Shown here: in pieces, positions 8,948 to 18,557 of the stretch
How positions within the stretch are numbered: position 1 is the stretch's first letter
How the letters are laid out: each line of letters starts with the position of its first letter
DNA from: a virus
Reading direction: 5' to 3' (one strand)
Virus record (IMG/VR): IMGVR_UViG_3300043485_000037
Location: 12,489-76,488 of that record
Length of the DNA: 64,000 bases
Notes under the pieces: generated by a model
Databases searched by the model: none
What the model saw: the letters and a program-made list of their open reading frames with translations, nothing else
What the model was told of the DNA's origin: nothing
Made by a program: the position numbers and the translations under genes

Positions 8948-9409
8948 ATGAGTTCCGTCCGCAAGATCCGCCGCCAGACCGTTCCGAGGGAGACGGTTGT
9001 TTATTGTGGGGTGGAGTTCTACCGATACCCGGAGTCGCCCAGAAAGCACAAACGGAATTACTTTTGGGCCAGTAGGTGGACGGGCAAGCGAAGGTCTGAA
9101 TCTCTTCACCGAGCCATCTGGGAAACCGAGAAGGGACCCATCCCGGACGGATATGAGGTCCATCATAAGGACGATAATTCCCTCAACAATGACTTAAGCA
9201 ATCTGGTCTGCATCTCCAAGAAGGATCATCGGAGGGACCATGCCGACAAGGGTGCTTGGAATACCGATAGGCACCTGGCTCATTTGGCTAGAGCACGCAG
9301 AGGCGCTGCTCGCTGGCATAAAAGCAGCAAGGGTAGGAAGTGGCATAGGGAGCATATGGCGCGAATGTGGAACTCTGGCAAGTTCAAGAGGGCGAAAGTA
9401 AGGATATGA
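8948..9409 (+). CDS. free-standing HNH endonuclease
   Basis: LHRAIWE...IPDGYEVHHKDDNSLNNDLSNL; lower GC than flanks. Confidence 0.88.
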   Translation: MSSVRKIRRQTVPRETVVYCGVEFYRYPESPRKHKRNYFWASRWTGKRRSESLHRAIWETEKGPIPDGYEVHHKDDNSLNNDLSNLVCISKKDHRRDHADKGAWNTDRHLAHLARARRGAARWHKSSKGRKWHREHMARMWNSGKFKRAKVRI

Positions 9410-9660
9410 TGGGGTTCGATCCGGAAATTGAGAAGCTGAAAATGCGGACTCAGCTGAAGTATATGGAGAACTTCTCTAGGATGTTCGGCCCGGACTTTGA
9501 CAAGAAGGTCCAAATGGCTCGAGTGGCCCTCCGAGAGATGCAGAAGATAGACCCGAATGTGATGACCGTTGCGATGACCATGACGGGGTGCGAGGGTTTT
9601 ATGGAGCTGGTGGACAAGCAGGAAGAGATAATGATCGAGATCGCCAAGAATTTGAAATGA
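9406..9660 (+). CDS. hypothetical protein
   Basis: ATGA overlap, helical. Confidence 0.55.
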   Translation: MMGFDPEIEKLKMRTQLKYMENFSRMFGPDFDKKVQMARVALREMQKIDPNVMTVAMTMTGCEGFMELVDKQEEIMIEIAKNLK

Positions 9661-10184
9661 AGGAAATCACAGAGAAGGATTTGAACCCCCACCTGGGCAA
9701 GTTCACCAAGGCCAAGCTGCTCCGGATGATCTGCCACATAGCGAACATGGCCAACTCCTACACGCCTGCGGGGACCGGAGCCATCGGGGACCGGGCCTTG
9801 ATGAAGCTGAACCTCACGCGGTCCCAGTTCGAGGTTCGCTTCAAGGAAGATCCAGCGGCCGGCGACGACACGGAGCGGGTCAGGCTGGAGGGTGTGCGCA
9901 TCGAGCCTCCCCCGTATGAGTCCGTGCTCGTTCATGACCCGGTGTGGGAACCGCAGGTTGGGCGGCCGGCCAAAATCGTGGAGGGATCCACTTACTGGGC
10001 CTCGGGCAAGATCGGCATCGTCCAGGGCAAGATGGACGGAGGATGGGAAGTCAAGGTGCACTTTGCGGACGGCTTCAACGGCGAGACCAACCCTCGGGAC
10101 CACGTGATAGTGGCCTACAGACTGGAGGAGCCCAAGCCGGAGCCTCCCCCGAAACCTCCGGCCATCATCCCCAACCCTTCCTGA
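9657..10184 (+). CDS. hypothetical protein (possible SH3-like C-terminal barrel)
   Basis: MKEITEKDLN..., GKIGIVQG...EVKVHF. Confidence 0.6.
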   Translation: MKEITEKDLNPHLGKFTKAKLLRMICHIANMANSYTPAGTGAIGDRALMKLNLTRSQFEVRFKEDPAAGDDTERVRLEGVRIEPPPYESVLVHDPVWEPQVGRPAKIVEGSTYWASGKIGIVQGKMDGGWEVKVHFADGFNGETNPRDHVIVAYRLEEPKPEPPPKPPAIIPNPS

Positions 10185-10190
10185 TTTTTT

Positions 10191-10433
10191 ATGAGCATCA
10201 TGCGCCTTGGAGGTCTCCAGAACAAAAACAAGCGAATCATCGGGCAGAAGTATCATCTTCAGCGGTTCTCCGTGGGCGACACCTTCCTGTGGTGCGGAAT
10301 GAAGGCCCGCATACTGAAGCGGGACATGGAGAAGAAGGAAGTTTGGGTGTGGCTCGTGGAAGCAGCCCGCACGGAGCCCGTCAAGATGGACGACCTTCTG
10401 TATGAGTTCGTGGAGGAAGCCAAGCCCCGATAA
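10191..10433 (+). CDS. hypothetical protein
   Basis: 80 aa, TTTTTATG start context. Confidence 0.55.
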   Translation: MSIMRLGGLQNKNKRIIGQKYHLQRFSVGDTFLWCGMKARILKRDMEKKEVWVWLVEAARTEPVKMDDLLYEFVEEAKPR

Positions 10434-10442
10434 TCTCCTCAT

Positions 10443-11372
10443 ATGCGAAACGTCCCAATCGAATTCTTTCTCGTGGCCCAGACGCGGGTCAACCCGGAGG
10501 CCGTCAAGAGGTGGCTGGAGTTCCTCGGGGTCTCCGAAAAATACAACGACGACCTCTACGACTTGATGGATCCATTCCCGGACTCTGGATCCACCACGGA
10601 GGAAAACATCACGGACCCAGCTCTGCTCATAGCCCTGGCGGCCAAGCGCTGCTACAAATCATTTGAGCCCTCTCTGAATCCCAATCTCTCCAAGGTCAGA
10701 TCCGACTGGACGGAGTATCTGGACAACGTGCTCAAGTCCCGGCACGGCTCCGTCTGCGAGCACGCCAGCTACTCCTTCGCCATCGAGAACGTGAGCCGGG
10801 TCTTCACGGGGGAGATGAACCGGCACCGGGCCGGGGTGGCCGTCTCGGAAGGTTCGATGCGCTTCATCCGCTACGACGACATTCCCTCCTGGCTGCCCAC
10901 CTCCATCCAAGTGACTCCGGAGGAGGTCAGCCTGTATAACCAGGTCATGATGTATGACCCGTCCCACGACACCTATGACCGGGCCCACTTCGAGCTGGTC
11001 CGCAAGAAGATCCAATCGCAGGATGTCTTCAAGGAGGTCTACGAGTTTGTGGAGAGCCGCTACAAGAAGCTGACGGGCATCTGGAAGGATGAGCTGTCCC
11101 CGGAATCCAAGTTCAAGGCCAAGAAGCACGTGACCTCCATGATGCGGAGGATTGTCCCCATGGGCGTCGCGACCGGAGGAGTCTGGACCCTGAACATCAG
11201 AGCCTTGCGCCACATCATGGCCATGCGCGCCTCCGACGCGGCCGAGGAGGAAATCTTTCACGTGTGGTCCCGGATCGGCAAGGAGATGGTGACCCAGGAG
11301 CCTATGCTGATCGGAGCCGACTTCACCCAGACCGCGGAAGGCTTCTGGGTGCCCAAATACGACAAGATATGA
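10443..11372 (+). CDS. thyX: flavin-dependent thymidylate synthase
   Basis: HGSVCEH, VSRVFTGEMNRHR...SEGSMRF (RHR-X7-S-XR signature), NIRALRH. Confidence 0.93.
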   Translation: MRNVPIEFFLVAQTRVNPEAVKRWLEFLGVSEKYNDDLYDLMDPFPDSGSTTEENITDPALLIALAAKRCYKSFEPSLNPNLSKVRSDWTEYLDNVLKSRHGSVCEHASYSFAIENVSRVFTGEMNRHRAGVAVSEGSMRFIRYDDIPSWLPTSIQVTPEEVSLYNQVMMYDPSHDTYDRAHFELVRKKIQSQDVFKEVYEFVESRYKKLTGIWKDELSPESKFKAKKHVTSMMRRIVPMGVATGGVWTLNIRALRHIMAMRASDAAEEEIFHVWSRIGKEMVTQEPMLIGADFTQTAEGFWVPKYDKI

Positions 11373-11448
11373 TTTTTATGGCTGCTATGACTCGGCGGGT
11401 GCCCGCGCAAGCGGGGTCCAGTGAGATCGGGCTAGCGGCCACCAATTT

Positions 11449-11716
11449 ATGCCAAGACTAGTGCGCAACACAACACCGGACGGGTCCTGCAAATACGGGC
11501 TCGTGAGAATGGACAAGATTCGCCAGATGGATCCCACGCAGCGAAACGCGGTCCTCACCATGCTTCAGAAGCTGGATGACGGAACTCCAGGTCACCGTGG
11601 ACAAGCTCAAGCAGGCCATTGACAACGAGCGAGGGGTCCCGGAGAAGGCTGCCGATCTGGCCAACTTTGCAATGAAGGCATCACAATTATGGACAAAATC
11701 ACAGACTACCAGCTAG
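11449..11716 (+). pseudogene. frameshifted small gene (GKY-type N-terminus, AADLANFAM-type C-terminus)
   Basis: Two frames join if one G is removed at 11581-11582. Confidence 0.35.
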
Positions 11717-11865
11717 TGAGCGGCAAGGACCCCTCGAAGTTGACCGAGGAGGTCAAGAAGGAAATGGAAGCGGGCTGGGAGCCGTTGGGTGCTCCCGTGG
11801 TGATGGACCGAGGGCATCCCTGCATAGTCCAAGCGATGGTCATCTACAAGCGGGGAGGTCCTTGA
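11689..11865 (+). CDS. DUF1737-like small protein
   Basis: YQLVSG...V...GWEPLGAP...VQAMV pattern; read manually. Confidence 0.65.
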   Translation: MDKITDYQLVSGKDPSKLTEEVKKEMEAGWEPLGAPVVMDRGHPCIVQAMVIYKRGGP

Positions 11866-12122
11866 TGCAGAGCCGGAAGATGTCCGTGGCCGAGACGGCT
11901 GTGAACTACCTTGTGGGATACTTCCTCGCGTGGTTCATCATGACTTACCTCCTCCGCTGGCTTGGCTTTCCGGTGACCAAGGGCCAGTCCGGAGGAGTGG
12001 TCGCAATCTTCACGGCCGTTTCCGTGATCCGGTCCTATGCCATTCGAAGGCTCTTCAACTGGATCCACGTGAGGGCGAATATGAATAGAACAATGATTCA
12101 TCCGTTAGACAAGAGACCATGA
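11865..12122 (+). CDS. small two-TM membrane protein (common phage family)
   Basis: MQSRKMSVAETAVNYLVG...FTAVSVIRSYAIRRLF. Confidence 0.7.
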   Translation: MQSRKMSVAETAVNYLVGYFLAWFIMTYLLRWLGFPVTKGQSGGVVAIFTAVSVIRSYAIRRLFNWIHVRANMNRTMIHPLDKRP

Positions 12123-12838
12123 AAGCGCAGTTTTTGTTTTTTGTAGTAGGAGCCACAAGTGTGGGCAAGTCGACCTTCCTCCAGACGATCAAGGATGTTG
12201 GGGGCCTCCAGGTTCACCTGGTAGAAGTGGGCAAGCAGATGCGGGCCAAGTATCCTCCGGAGCACTTCAAGGGGCAATGCAACCCGGCTCACACCGCCGC
12301 GGAAGCGTTGCAGATGTGCTTGGAAGGGATCGAAGAAGCTGGCGAGAAGGCCGGGGCCAAGATCATCTTGGTGGACGGGCAGCCGCGGGACGTGGGCCAG
12401 GCGGAGGAGATTCTCGGCTGGAGGTTCCAGGACCACCGCACCAAGGCCGTGATCCATCTGATGTGCCACCGGGACGAACGGGAGCGGCGGGCCAGAGTCC
12501 GGGAAAAGAACAACCCCGGAGCCCTCCAGCTGGCTCTGGATCGTCTCGACCGGGACGTGCTTCAGCTCCACGAGGTCCTGATCACGTTTGACCGCTACGA
12601 CCGCTACAACTTCAACACCGGCCATCCCAACTACACCCCGCTGGCGGCCTTTCAGGAGGTGCTGAGGAAGTATGGCGCGTGCCTCTTGGGCACCAACGCC
12701 GTGCCCCCGGTCCCGGAGATGTCCGCCGCATCCCACGTCAACAAGACGGCGCGAGAACTCTTGGCCGCGGAGGAGGAGACCCGCATGCGGGAGCGACGCA
12801 TCTGCCAACCCGGCGAAGCCGAGAACGAAGGCCAGTGA
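12119..12838 (+). CDS. adenylate-kinase-like nucleoside monophosphate kinase
   Basis: P-loop GATSVGKST, VGKQMR, ILVDGQPRDVGQA. Confidence 0.75.
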   Translation: MKAQFLFFVVGATSVGKSTFLQTIKDVGGLQVHLVEVGKQMRAKYPPEHFKGQCNPAHTAAEALQMCLEGIEEAGEKAGAKIILVDGQPRDVGQAEEILGWRFQDHRTKAVIHLMCHRDERERRARVREKNNPGALQLALDRLDRDVLQLHEVLITFDRYDRYNFNTGHPNYTPLAAFQEVLRKYGACLLGTNAVPPVPEMSAASHVNKTARELLAAEEETRMRERRICQPGEAENEGQ

Positions 12839-12841
12839 TTT

Positions 12842-13009
12842 ATGAGCGATCAACTCAAGAAAGACCTCAAGGCCATCGCGGACGGCAGAGGCGGAAGAAG
12901 CACTGACGCGGCGGATCCAAAGGCCGTGGCCAAGCGGGCTCTCGATCGCATCGAGCAGCTGGAGAAGAAACCCGAGGTCAAGAAAGACACTCTCGTCACC
13001 AACGAGTGA
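12842..13009 (+). CDS. small hypothetical protein
   Basis: MSDQLKKDLKAIA...TNE*; read manually. Confidence 0.5.
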   Translation: MSDQLKKDLKAIADGRGGRSTDAADPKAVAKRALDRIEQLEKKPEVKKDTLVTNE

Positions 13010-13038
13010 CCGGACTGACGACCGGCTGCCGGTTTGGT

Positions 13039-13064
13039 TTTACATCCAGGCTGGCAGCCGTTAC
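13039..13064 (+). promoter_or_regulatory. possible + strand copy of the phage promoter motif
   Basis: TTTACA-N12-GCCGTTAC resembles the minus-strand TTTACT-N13..15-GCCGTTAA copies. Confidence 0.3.
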
Positions 13065-13165
13065 CTTTCCGAATCATGACGGGGCAACCGACTGCGACGA
13101 CCCGGCTTGCCGGAGAGCGGACGTGTAAGACCCGGCCCGTGAGGGCTTGGCGCCCTACACCCTTT

Positions 13166-13735
13166 ATGAAAATGTTGATCCTGGTGGTCCTGGCCCTTGT
13201 GGCCGTCGTTGCGGCAGCCGATGAGACGGACGAGGAGCCCAAGCCGGTCTCCAAGGAAGTGGGCCTCGCCCTGGCCCATTGCCACCCCGGAGACACCGCC
13301 CTCATCCACGTCATACCCATTCCGGAGAACGAAGTCCGCCGCCAAGGCTGGTTCAGCACCACGAACGACCTGATGACGATGGGGGACTTCTCGATGCTTC
13401 CCTCCGGCCTCAACCGGCTTGAGATTCGCCCGGTCTGCCGGGGCCTGACCGGGGAGGTCAGCACGGTGGTGATCGACCTCAAGCGCCCACCGCCCCCAAT
13501 CAAGGTGGGCTCCCGGAGGGTGAGGCCACCCGTCAGCACCAACTCCATTGTGCCAACCCGGTTCAACGCCAGCTCAACACCGGACCCAATCCCCTTGCCT
13601 CCCATGCCTCCGGGCATGGCTTCCAGTCTCCCGCTTCCGGACGAACAGCACGGAGCGAGCACCAACAAAATGTCTTATCGGGATATGCAGATCATGAAAA
13701 ATTACTACGCCAAGCAGGGGAGGAGGAGCCAGTGA
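13166..13735 (+). CDS. secreted/periplasmic protein with signal peptide and Pro-rich linker
   Basis: MKMLILVVLALVAVVAAA|DETDEE. Confidence 0.65.
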   Translation: MKMLILVVLALVAVVAAADETDEEPKPVSKEVGLALAHCHPGDTALIHVIPIPENEVRRQGWFSTTNDLMTMGDFSMLPSGLNRLEIRPVCRGLTGEVSTVVIDLKRPPPPIKVGSRRVRPPVSTNSIVPTRFNASSTPDPIPLPPMPPGMASSLPLPDEQHGASTNKMSYRDMQIMKNYYAKQGRRSQ

Positions 13736-15465
13736 AAGAAGCCAAGGCGCCCAAGGAGTCCTTCCTGAACAACGTCAGGGTGATGGCCAATGCGCTCAGC
13801 ACCATTCGATCGTGGCGGGGTCTCCGGGACCTCTTCAACGTCGGGGGCCAGAAGCGGGACATCGAAGCCGAGTGCGGGCACCCGGTCTACATCAACCCGG
13901 AGGACTACTGGAAGAAGTTCGACCGGGGCGACGTGGCTTATCGGGCCATCAGCATCTATCCGGAGGAATGCTTCAAGGACCGTCCCCTGATCTACGAGAC
14001 GGAGGACCCGGAGCAGACCACGGAGTTCGAGGCCGAGCTGGACGCGATGGAGGACGAGGTGCACCTCCTCTCCATCATCCAGCGGGCCGACATCCTCTCC
14101 GGGGTGGGCCGGTTTGGTGTGATCCTGCTCGGGCTCAGCGACGGGATTGGGTTTGACCAGCCGGTGGCCGGGTTCGACAAGGGGATGCCGGAGTGGCCGT
14201 CGGATGAGGGAGATGGTGAAGGTGCTGACGACGCCGAGCCCAAGGTGGACCCGGCCCGGAACGGCCCCGTGAACAATGCCCCGACGCCCGGCCCCCTCCG
14301 GTTGCTGTATCTCCGCACCTTCGACGAATCGATGGTGGTCATCAAGGACCTGGAGCGGGATCCGAGGAACCCCCGCTTTGGGCAGCCGAAGATATATACG
14401 ATCACCTTCATGGACGAGATGGAGAATCCCACGGCGGGCCAAGTCAAGATCATCACCCCGCCTCCTCCCCCGTCCGGCATCAACACGCAGCCCGGCCAGA
14501 TGACCTCCACCAAGACCACCCTCGACGTGCATTGGTCGCGGGTCATTCACCTGGTCGACAACCGGCTCCGGGACGAAATCTTTGGGACTCCCCGGCTGAA
14601 GAAGGTCTTCGACCGCATCCTTGACCTGCACAAGATCGCGGGTTCGGCCGCGGAGATGTTCTGGAAGAATGCAAAGGGAGGTCTGGCCCTCGAGCAGCTG
14701 CCCACCACGATGGGCGAGCCGGTCACGATCGACAAGGAGGGCACGAAGAACGAGATGGAGGAATTCTACGAGGGCCTCAAGCCATACCTGGTCCTGGAGG
14801 GGATGCAAGCCAAGCAGCTCGCCCCGGCCGTGGCCGATCCGGGACCCAACGGGGAATTCCAGATCAGGCTCATCGCGATGGCCCTCTCCTGCCCGATGCG
14901 CATCTTCATGGGATCCGAGCAGAGCCAGCTCGCCTCCGGCCAGGACATCAAGCAATGGAACGAACGGCTGCAGAAGCGCCGCGAGGAATACCTCACCCCG
15001 TTTGTGCTCCGTCCCACCATCGACCGGCTCATCCTGATGAAGGTCCTCCCCTTCCCGAAGGGCGAAGGCGACAAGGCGCCCAAGCCGCGGCCGGGCCGTC
15101 CCCAGCGCCCGGTCTACACCATCTTCTGGAGCGACCTGAACACTCCGACGGACACGGAGCGGGCCGACTTCGCCACCAAGATGACCGACGCGCTGTCCAA
15201 ATACGTGGCCGGCGGGCTCGACCAGATCATCCAACCCGCCCACTATCTGGAGCTGATCGCCCGGTTCTCCAACGACGAGGTGGAGAGCATCCTGGCCGAG
15301 GTTGGGGACAAGTTGGTGGAGACCGATCCGGAGGCAGAAGCCGAGCAGGCAGCCGCAGATGCGGAGGCGGCCCACCAGCGAGACCTGGAGAAGATCCAGG
15401 CGGCCGGTGCGGTCAAGGGGGCCGTCGGCGGAGGCAACGGCAACGGATTCCCGGCACGCAAGTGA
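13732..15465 (+). CDS. portal protein (DUF1073-type)
   Basis: RADILSGVGRFGVI, DPRNPRFGQP, VHWSRVIH, FGTPRLKKVFDRILDL; position before MuF. Confidence 0.88.
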   Translation: MKEAKAPKESFLNNVRVMANALSTIRSWRGLRDLFNVGGQKRDIEAECGHPVYINPEDYWKKFDRGDVAYRAISIYPEECFKDRPLIYETEDPEQTTEFEAELDAMEDEVHLLSIIQRADILSGVGRFGVILLGLSDGIGFDQPVAGFDKGMPEWPSDEGDGEGADDAEPKVDPARNGPVNNAPTPGPLRLLYLRTFDESMVVIKDLERDPRNPRFGQPKIYTITFMDEMENPTAGQVKIITPPPPPSGINTQPGQMTSTKTTLDVHWSRVIHLVDNRLRDEIFGTPRLKKVFDRILDLHKIAGSAAEMFWKNAKGGLALEQLPTTMGEPVTIDKEGTKNEMEEFYEGLKPYLVLEGMQAKQLAPAVADPGPNGEFQIRLIAMALSCPMRIFMGSEQSQLASGQDIKQWNERLQKRREEYLTPFVLRPTIDRLILMKVLPFPKGEGDKAPKPRPGRPQRPVYTIFWSDLNTPTDTERADFATKMTDALSKYVAGGLDQIIQPAHYLELIARFSNDEVESILAEVGDKLVETDPEAEAEQAAADAEAAHQRDLEKIQAAGAVKGAVGGGNGNGFPARK

Positions 15466-16502
15466 GCATCACCGGCAAGCACGCGCACGGCAAGCGCTGC
15501 GTTCACGTCCACGTGAGCAACGCGAGGGACCGCAGGAAGCCCAGGGGCTCCCGGCTCCTTCGCGCTGATCCCACGCGCACGGCTTTGATCCGCCGCCGAT
15601 TCCAGGCGGAGATGAAGCGACGCTTCAACCTGCTGAAGAAGGATGTTTGGGACTTCATCCACACGAAGGATGCGCTGGGCCTCCGGGACCGGTTTGCATC
15701 CGGGCCGGGGTCCTTGGGACGGTTGTCAGGGCTCTTGGGGATGCCAATCGCCCGCAACGAGGGCCACGACGATCCAATAACGACCCTGGCGGCTCCTCAG
15801 CCGCGAGAGTTTCAGTTTTCCACGGACGCAAACAAGGTCAAGGCTTTCCGGGACTGGCTGAAGGAGCAGGTCAGGCTTCGGATCCTCTCCCCGTCCAAGG
15901 ATGCGGAGCCGGGCAAACCCTGGACCGGCAAATACATCGAGTCGGCCTACAAGAAAGGCCGGGTGAATGCGTTCGCCAAGACCCGCGAGCAGGGGGACCT
16001 CTTCAGATCGGATGAGCTCAAGCAGGCTGCCTCCGGGGACTTCATCCGGACGGCCTTCGGCCAGCCGGAGACGACCAAGAAGATCGAGCTGCTGGCCACC
16101 CGGTCCTTCGAGGAGCTGGCTGGCATCACGGAGGCCATGGGCCAGAAGCTGAACCGGGTCCTGGCCAACGGAATGATCGAAGGCCAGGGGGCGCGGGACA
16201 TGGCTCGGGAGATGATGAGCGAGATTGACGGCATCACCGAGCGACGGGCCTTGACCCTGGCCCGCACGGAAACCATCCATGCCCACGCGGAGGGCCAGCT
16301 GGATTCCTTCACCGAGTTGGGAGTGGAGGAGGTTGGGGTGGAGGCGGAGTGGAGCACGGCCGGCGACGACAGGGTATGTCCGGAATGCGAAGCGATGGAG
16401 GGAAAGACGTTCAGCATGGACGAGGCGCACGGAATGATTCCGTTGCACCCAAACTGCCGATGCACATGGATACCAAAGATTCCAGAGCACCTGCTCAGAT
16501 AA
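15462..16502 (+). CDS. head morphogenesis protein (SPP1 gp7/MuF)
   Basis: RALTLARTET...DDRVCPEC...PLHPNCRC. Confidence 0.9.
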   Translation: MSITGKHAHGKRCVHVHVSNARDRRKPRGSRLLRADPTRTALIRRRFQAEMKRRFNLLKKDVWDFIHTKDALGLRDRFASGPGSLGRLSGLLGMPIARNEGHDDPITTLAAPQPREFQFSTDANKVKAFRDWLKEQVRLRILSPSKDAEPGKPWTGKYIESAYKKGRVNAFAKTREQGDLFRSDELKQAASGDFIRTAFGQPETTKKIELLATRSFEELAGITEAMGQKLNRVLANGMIEGQGARDMAREMMSEIDGITERRALTLARTETIHAHAEGQLDSFTELGVEEVGVEAEWSTAGDDRVCPECEAMEGKTFSMDEAHGMIPLHPNCRCTWIPKIPEHLLR

Positions 16503-16696
16503 TCCCCGAGAGCGAAGCCAACGTCCTTTTCGACGATGACTATCGGAAGCACATTCAGCAATTGAACACCAAGTTGACGCGGGAGCGGCATGACGTGGTC
16601 GTCCTCCGGGAGAAGATCCGCCGGCTGGAGGACGAGAGGCTCGACCTGCTGTCCTGCATCAACATGCTGCGGAGCGAGGAGAAGAAAAGGAAATGA
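16499..16696 (+). CDS. small coiled-coil protein (start uncertain)
   Basis: ...DYRKHIQQLNTKLTRERHDVVVLREKIRRLEDE... Confidence 0.4.
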   Translation: MIPESEANVLFDDDYRKHIQQLNTKLTRERHDVVVLREKIRRLEDERLDLLSCINMLRSEEKKRK

Positions 16697-17118
16697 GCGA
16701 GCAGAAGAAGCAACCACCCGTCACCGACACGTCGTATCTGGTCCGCCTGAAGAGGAAGGGCAAGTCGGAGGAGTTCATTGCGGCCAAGATGGGCATGACG
16801 GTCCCGGAGGTCCGGGACGTGTGGGAGAAGTTGTGCCAGGAGGCCACGGTGGAGAGGGACAACGGATTGATGGAGCTGAAGCAGGTGGTGCTCATCCTCT
16901 CGAACCAATTCCAGCTGCTGGGCCAGAGCCTTGGGTTGCTCTCCGGGGTCCTCGACGACACCGTGCCCCCGGAGGACCTCCGCAAGGTGATCAAGTCTTG
17001 CCCCGCCGGCACCGACCTCGCGGTGCACCTGACCGCCAAGCTGATCATCCTCAAGCCTTTCCAGCTCCCGTCCCCGCAGGCGCTCGCGTCCCAGTTAGAA
17101 TCCCCGTCGAAAAAATAG
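16693..17118 (+). CDS. hypothetical protein with N-terminal HTH
   Basis: RLKRKGKSEEFIAAKMGMTVPEVRDVW. Confidence 0.6.
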   Translation: MSEQKKQPPVTDTSYLVRLKRKGKSEEFIAAKMGMTVPEVRDVWEKLCQEATVERDNGLMELKQVVLILSNQFQLLGQSLGLLSGVLDDTVPPEDLRKVIKSCPAGTDLAVHLTAKLIILKPFQLPSPQALASQLESPSKK

Positions 17119-17204
17119 GGGTGGCCAGACTCGATGGTTCACCTTACGTTTCCACGGGGAGGACCCTTGATGAATGAATCCACGGTCAACCAGCAGGAAT
17201 AGAG

Positions 17205-17507
17205 ATGGCAGACCTGAGACCCATAGAGTTCCCCGACGAACTGAAAAGGCACAACCTATCCGAGCAAGAGCTGGCCCCGCTGAACGATCAGCAGAAAGCG
17301 CTTGCGAAGGATTGGAATGTGATGAAGCGGCAAGTCGAGTGGGTAGTGAACCGCACAGTGGATCTTCACAACTTGGCAGTAGATCATGACAAGAAACTGG
17401 AGGATTTATGGTTTTGGTTCAAGCTGATGACTACGTTGACCGGAGGCGGAGGGGCATTGGCTGGCGCCATATACTGGCTGGCCAAATCTTCGGGGGCCGT
17501 CCACTGA
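17205..17507 (+). CDS. coiled coil plus C-terminal TM protein (XhlA/holin-like)
   Basis: Heptad region, then FWFKLMTTLTGGGGALAGAIYWL. Confidence 0.65.
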   Translation: MADLRPIEFPDELKRHNLSEQELAPLNDQQKALAKDWNVMKRQVEWVVNRTVDLHNLAVDHDKKLEDLWFWFKLMTTLTGGGGALAGAIYWLAKSSGAVH

Positions 17508-17509
17508 GT

Positions 17510-18028
17510 ATGAGTGCTAACACGGCAGTCATGAGAAAGATGAATCCGCCGGGGCCTTGCGCCTCCGCGGTCGATCATTTTGGAGAATGGATGCGGATCA
17601 CGTCCCAGCCCAAGCCCGCCCTGCTGATTGAAGACAACAAGGAGGAGGCCGAACTCATCGTGCGCCAGTCGGAAGGGTTCAACGTCCGGTGGGAGGTTTG
17701 CTACAGTGGGGACATGGCCCTGGACAAGCTGTGCTACAAACGCTACCAGCTGGTCGTGCTGGATCTAAAGCTGGCCACTCCCCCGGACGGGGTGGAACTC
17801 TATCGCCGCATCAAGCAGGCATGCCCCCTCTGCCCGGTCCTGATCCTCTCCGGCCACATCTCCAACGAAGTGATCGTGGAGGTCACCCGCGTGGGCTTCG
17901 CCATGTTTGCGCAGAAGCCCGCCGTGTTCAACTCAGACTTTTTCGAGCAACTTTTCCTGGCCCTGAACATTCCCAAGCGGGCAACGGAGAACGAAGTGCC
18001 CCCATCGACACCGGGGGAAAACATATGA
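17510..18028 (+). CDS. stand-alone response regulator receiver (CheY-like) protein
   Basis: LLIEDN acidic pocket, VVLDLKL phospho-Asp, DGVEL, ILSG, AQKP. Confidence 0.88.
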   Translation: MSANTAVMRKMNPPGPCASAVDHFGEWMRITSQPKPALLIEDNKEEAELIVRQSEGFNVRWEVCYSGDMALDKLCYKRYQLVVLDLKLATPPDGVELYRRIKQACPLCPVLILSGHISNEVIVEVTRVGFAMFAQKPAVFNSDFFEQLFLALNIPKRATENEVPPSTPGENI

Positions 18029-18522
18029 AAAGACTGAAGACAATGATCGGGCTGGCGTGCATTGCGCTGGCGTTATCCACGGCGGTCGTCACCCAAACCG
18101 GCTGCGCCGGGGGAGGAGTCAGCCGCACATCCATCTATCAGGGCGACAACTTCCTGTTCCAGACGGAGAAGCTGTCCGTGCAAGCCCACGACCTGTTCCT
18201 GGAGTTCTACCGCTGGGAGAAGGAATGGCGGGACTCGCTCCCGGTCTCCGTCTCCCGAGCCGCGGACTTCGCCCGGCTGAACGAGAAGAAGTGGGCCGAC
18301 AGCCTCAACGCGGCTCACGACGCCTACGTGGCCACGCCCACGGCCGAGAACAAGGACAAGGTCCAGCTCGCGCTGAACCTGCTCAAGACGGCGCTGAACC
18401 AGGCCGCCTACTACATGGTGGCCCACAAATCCATCGCACCGAACACCGGCCTGGACAAGGCCAACGGGGAGACCCTCAAGCCGCTCGGGCTCAAGCCGGT
18501 CCCTCCGCCCCCGGTTCCGTGA
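18025..18522 (+). CDS. lipoprotein
   Basis: MKRLKTMIGLACIALALSTAVVTQTG-C lipobox-like; helical body. Confidence 0.7.
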   Translation: MKRLKTMIGLACIALALSTAVVTQTGCAGGGVSRTSIYQGDNFLFQTEKLSVQAHDLFLEFYRWEKEWRDSLPVSVSRAADFARLNEKKWADSLNAAHDAYVATPTAENKDKVQLALNLLKTALNQAAYYMVAHKSIAPNTGLDKANGETLKPLGLKPVPPPPVP

Positions 18523-18557
18523 ACCAACTTTAACCAACCAAGAAAGGAACAAACAAA

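Noticed and set aside
10443-12838. ThyX plus kinase as a hydroxymethyl-pyrimidine pathway
   Set aside because: ThyX has the ordinary signature and is not a ThyA-fold hydroxymethylase; the kinase looks like a generic NMP kinase
13732-15465. Portal family sometimes labelled anti-CBASS Acb1 in databases
   Set aside because: Size, motifs and position before MuF indicate a DUF1073-type portal; no 2H-phosphoesterase HxT motifs seen
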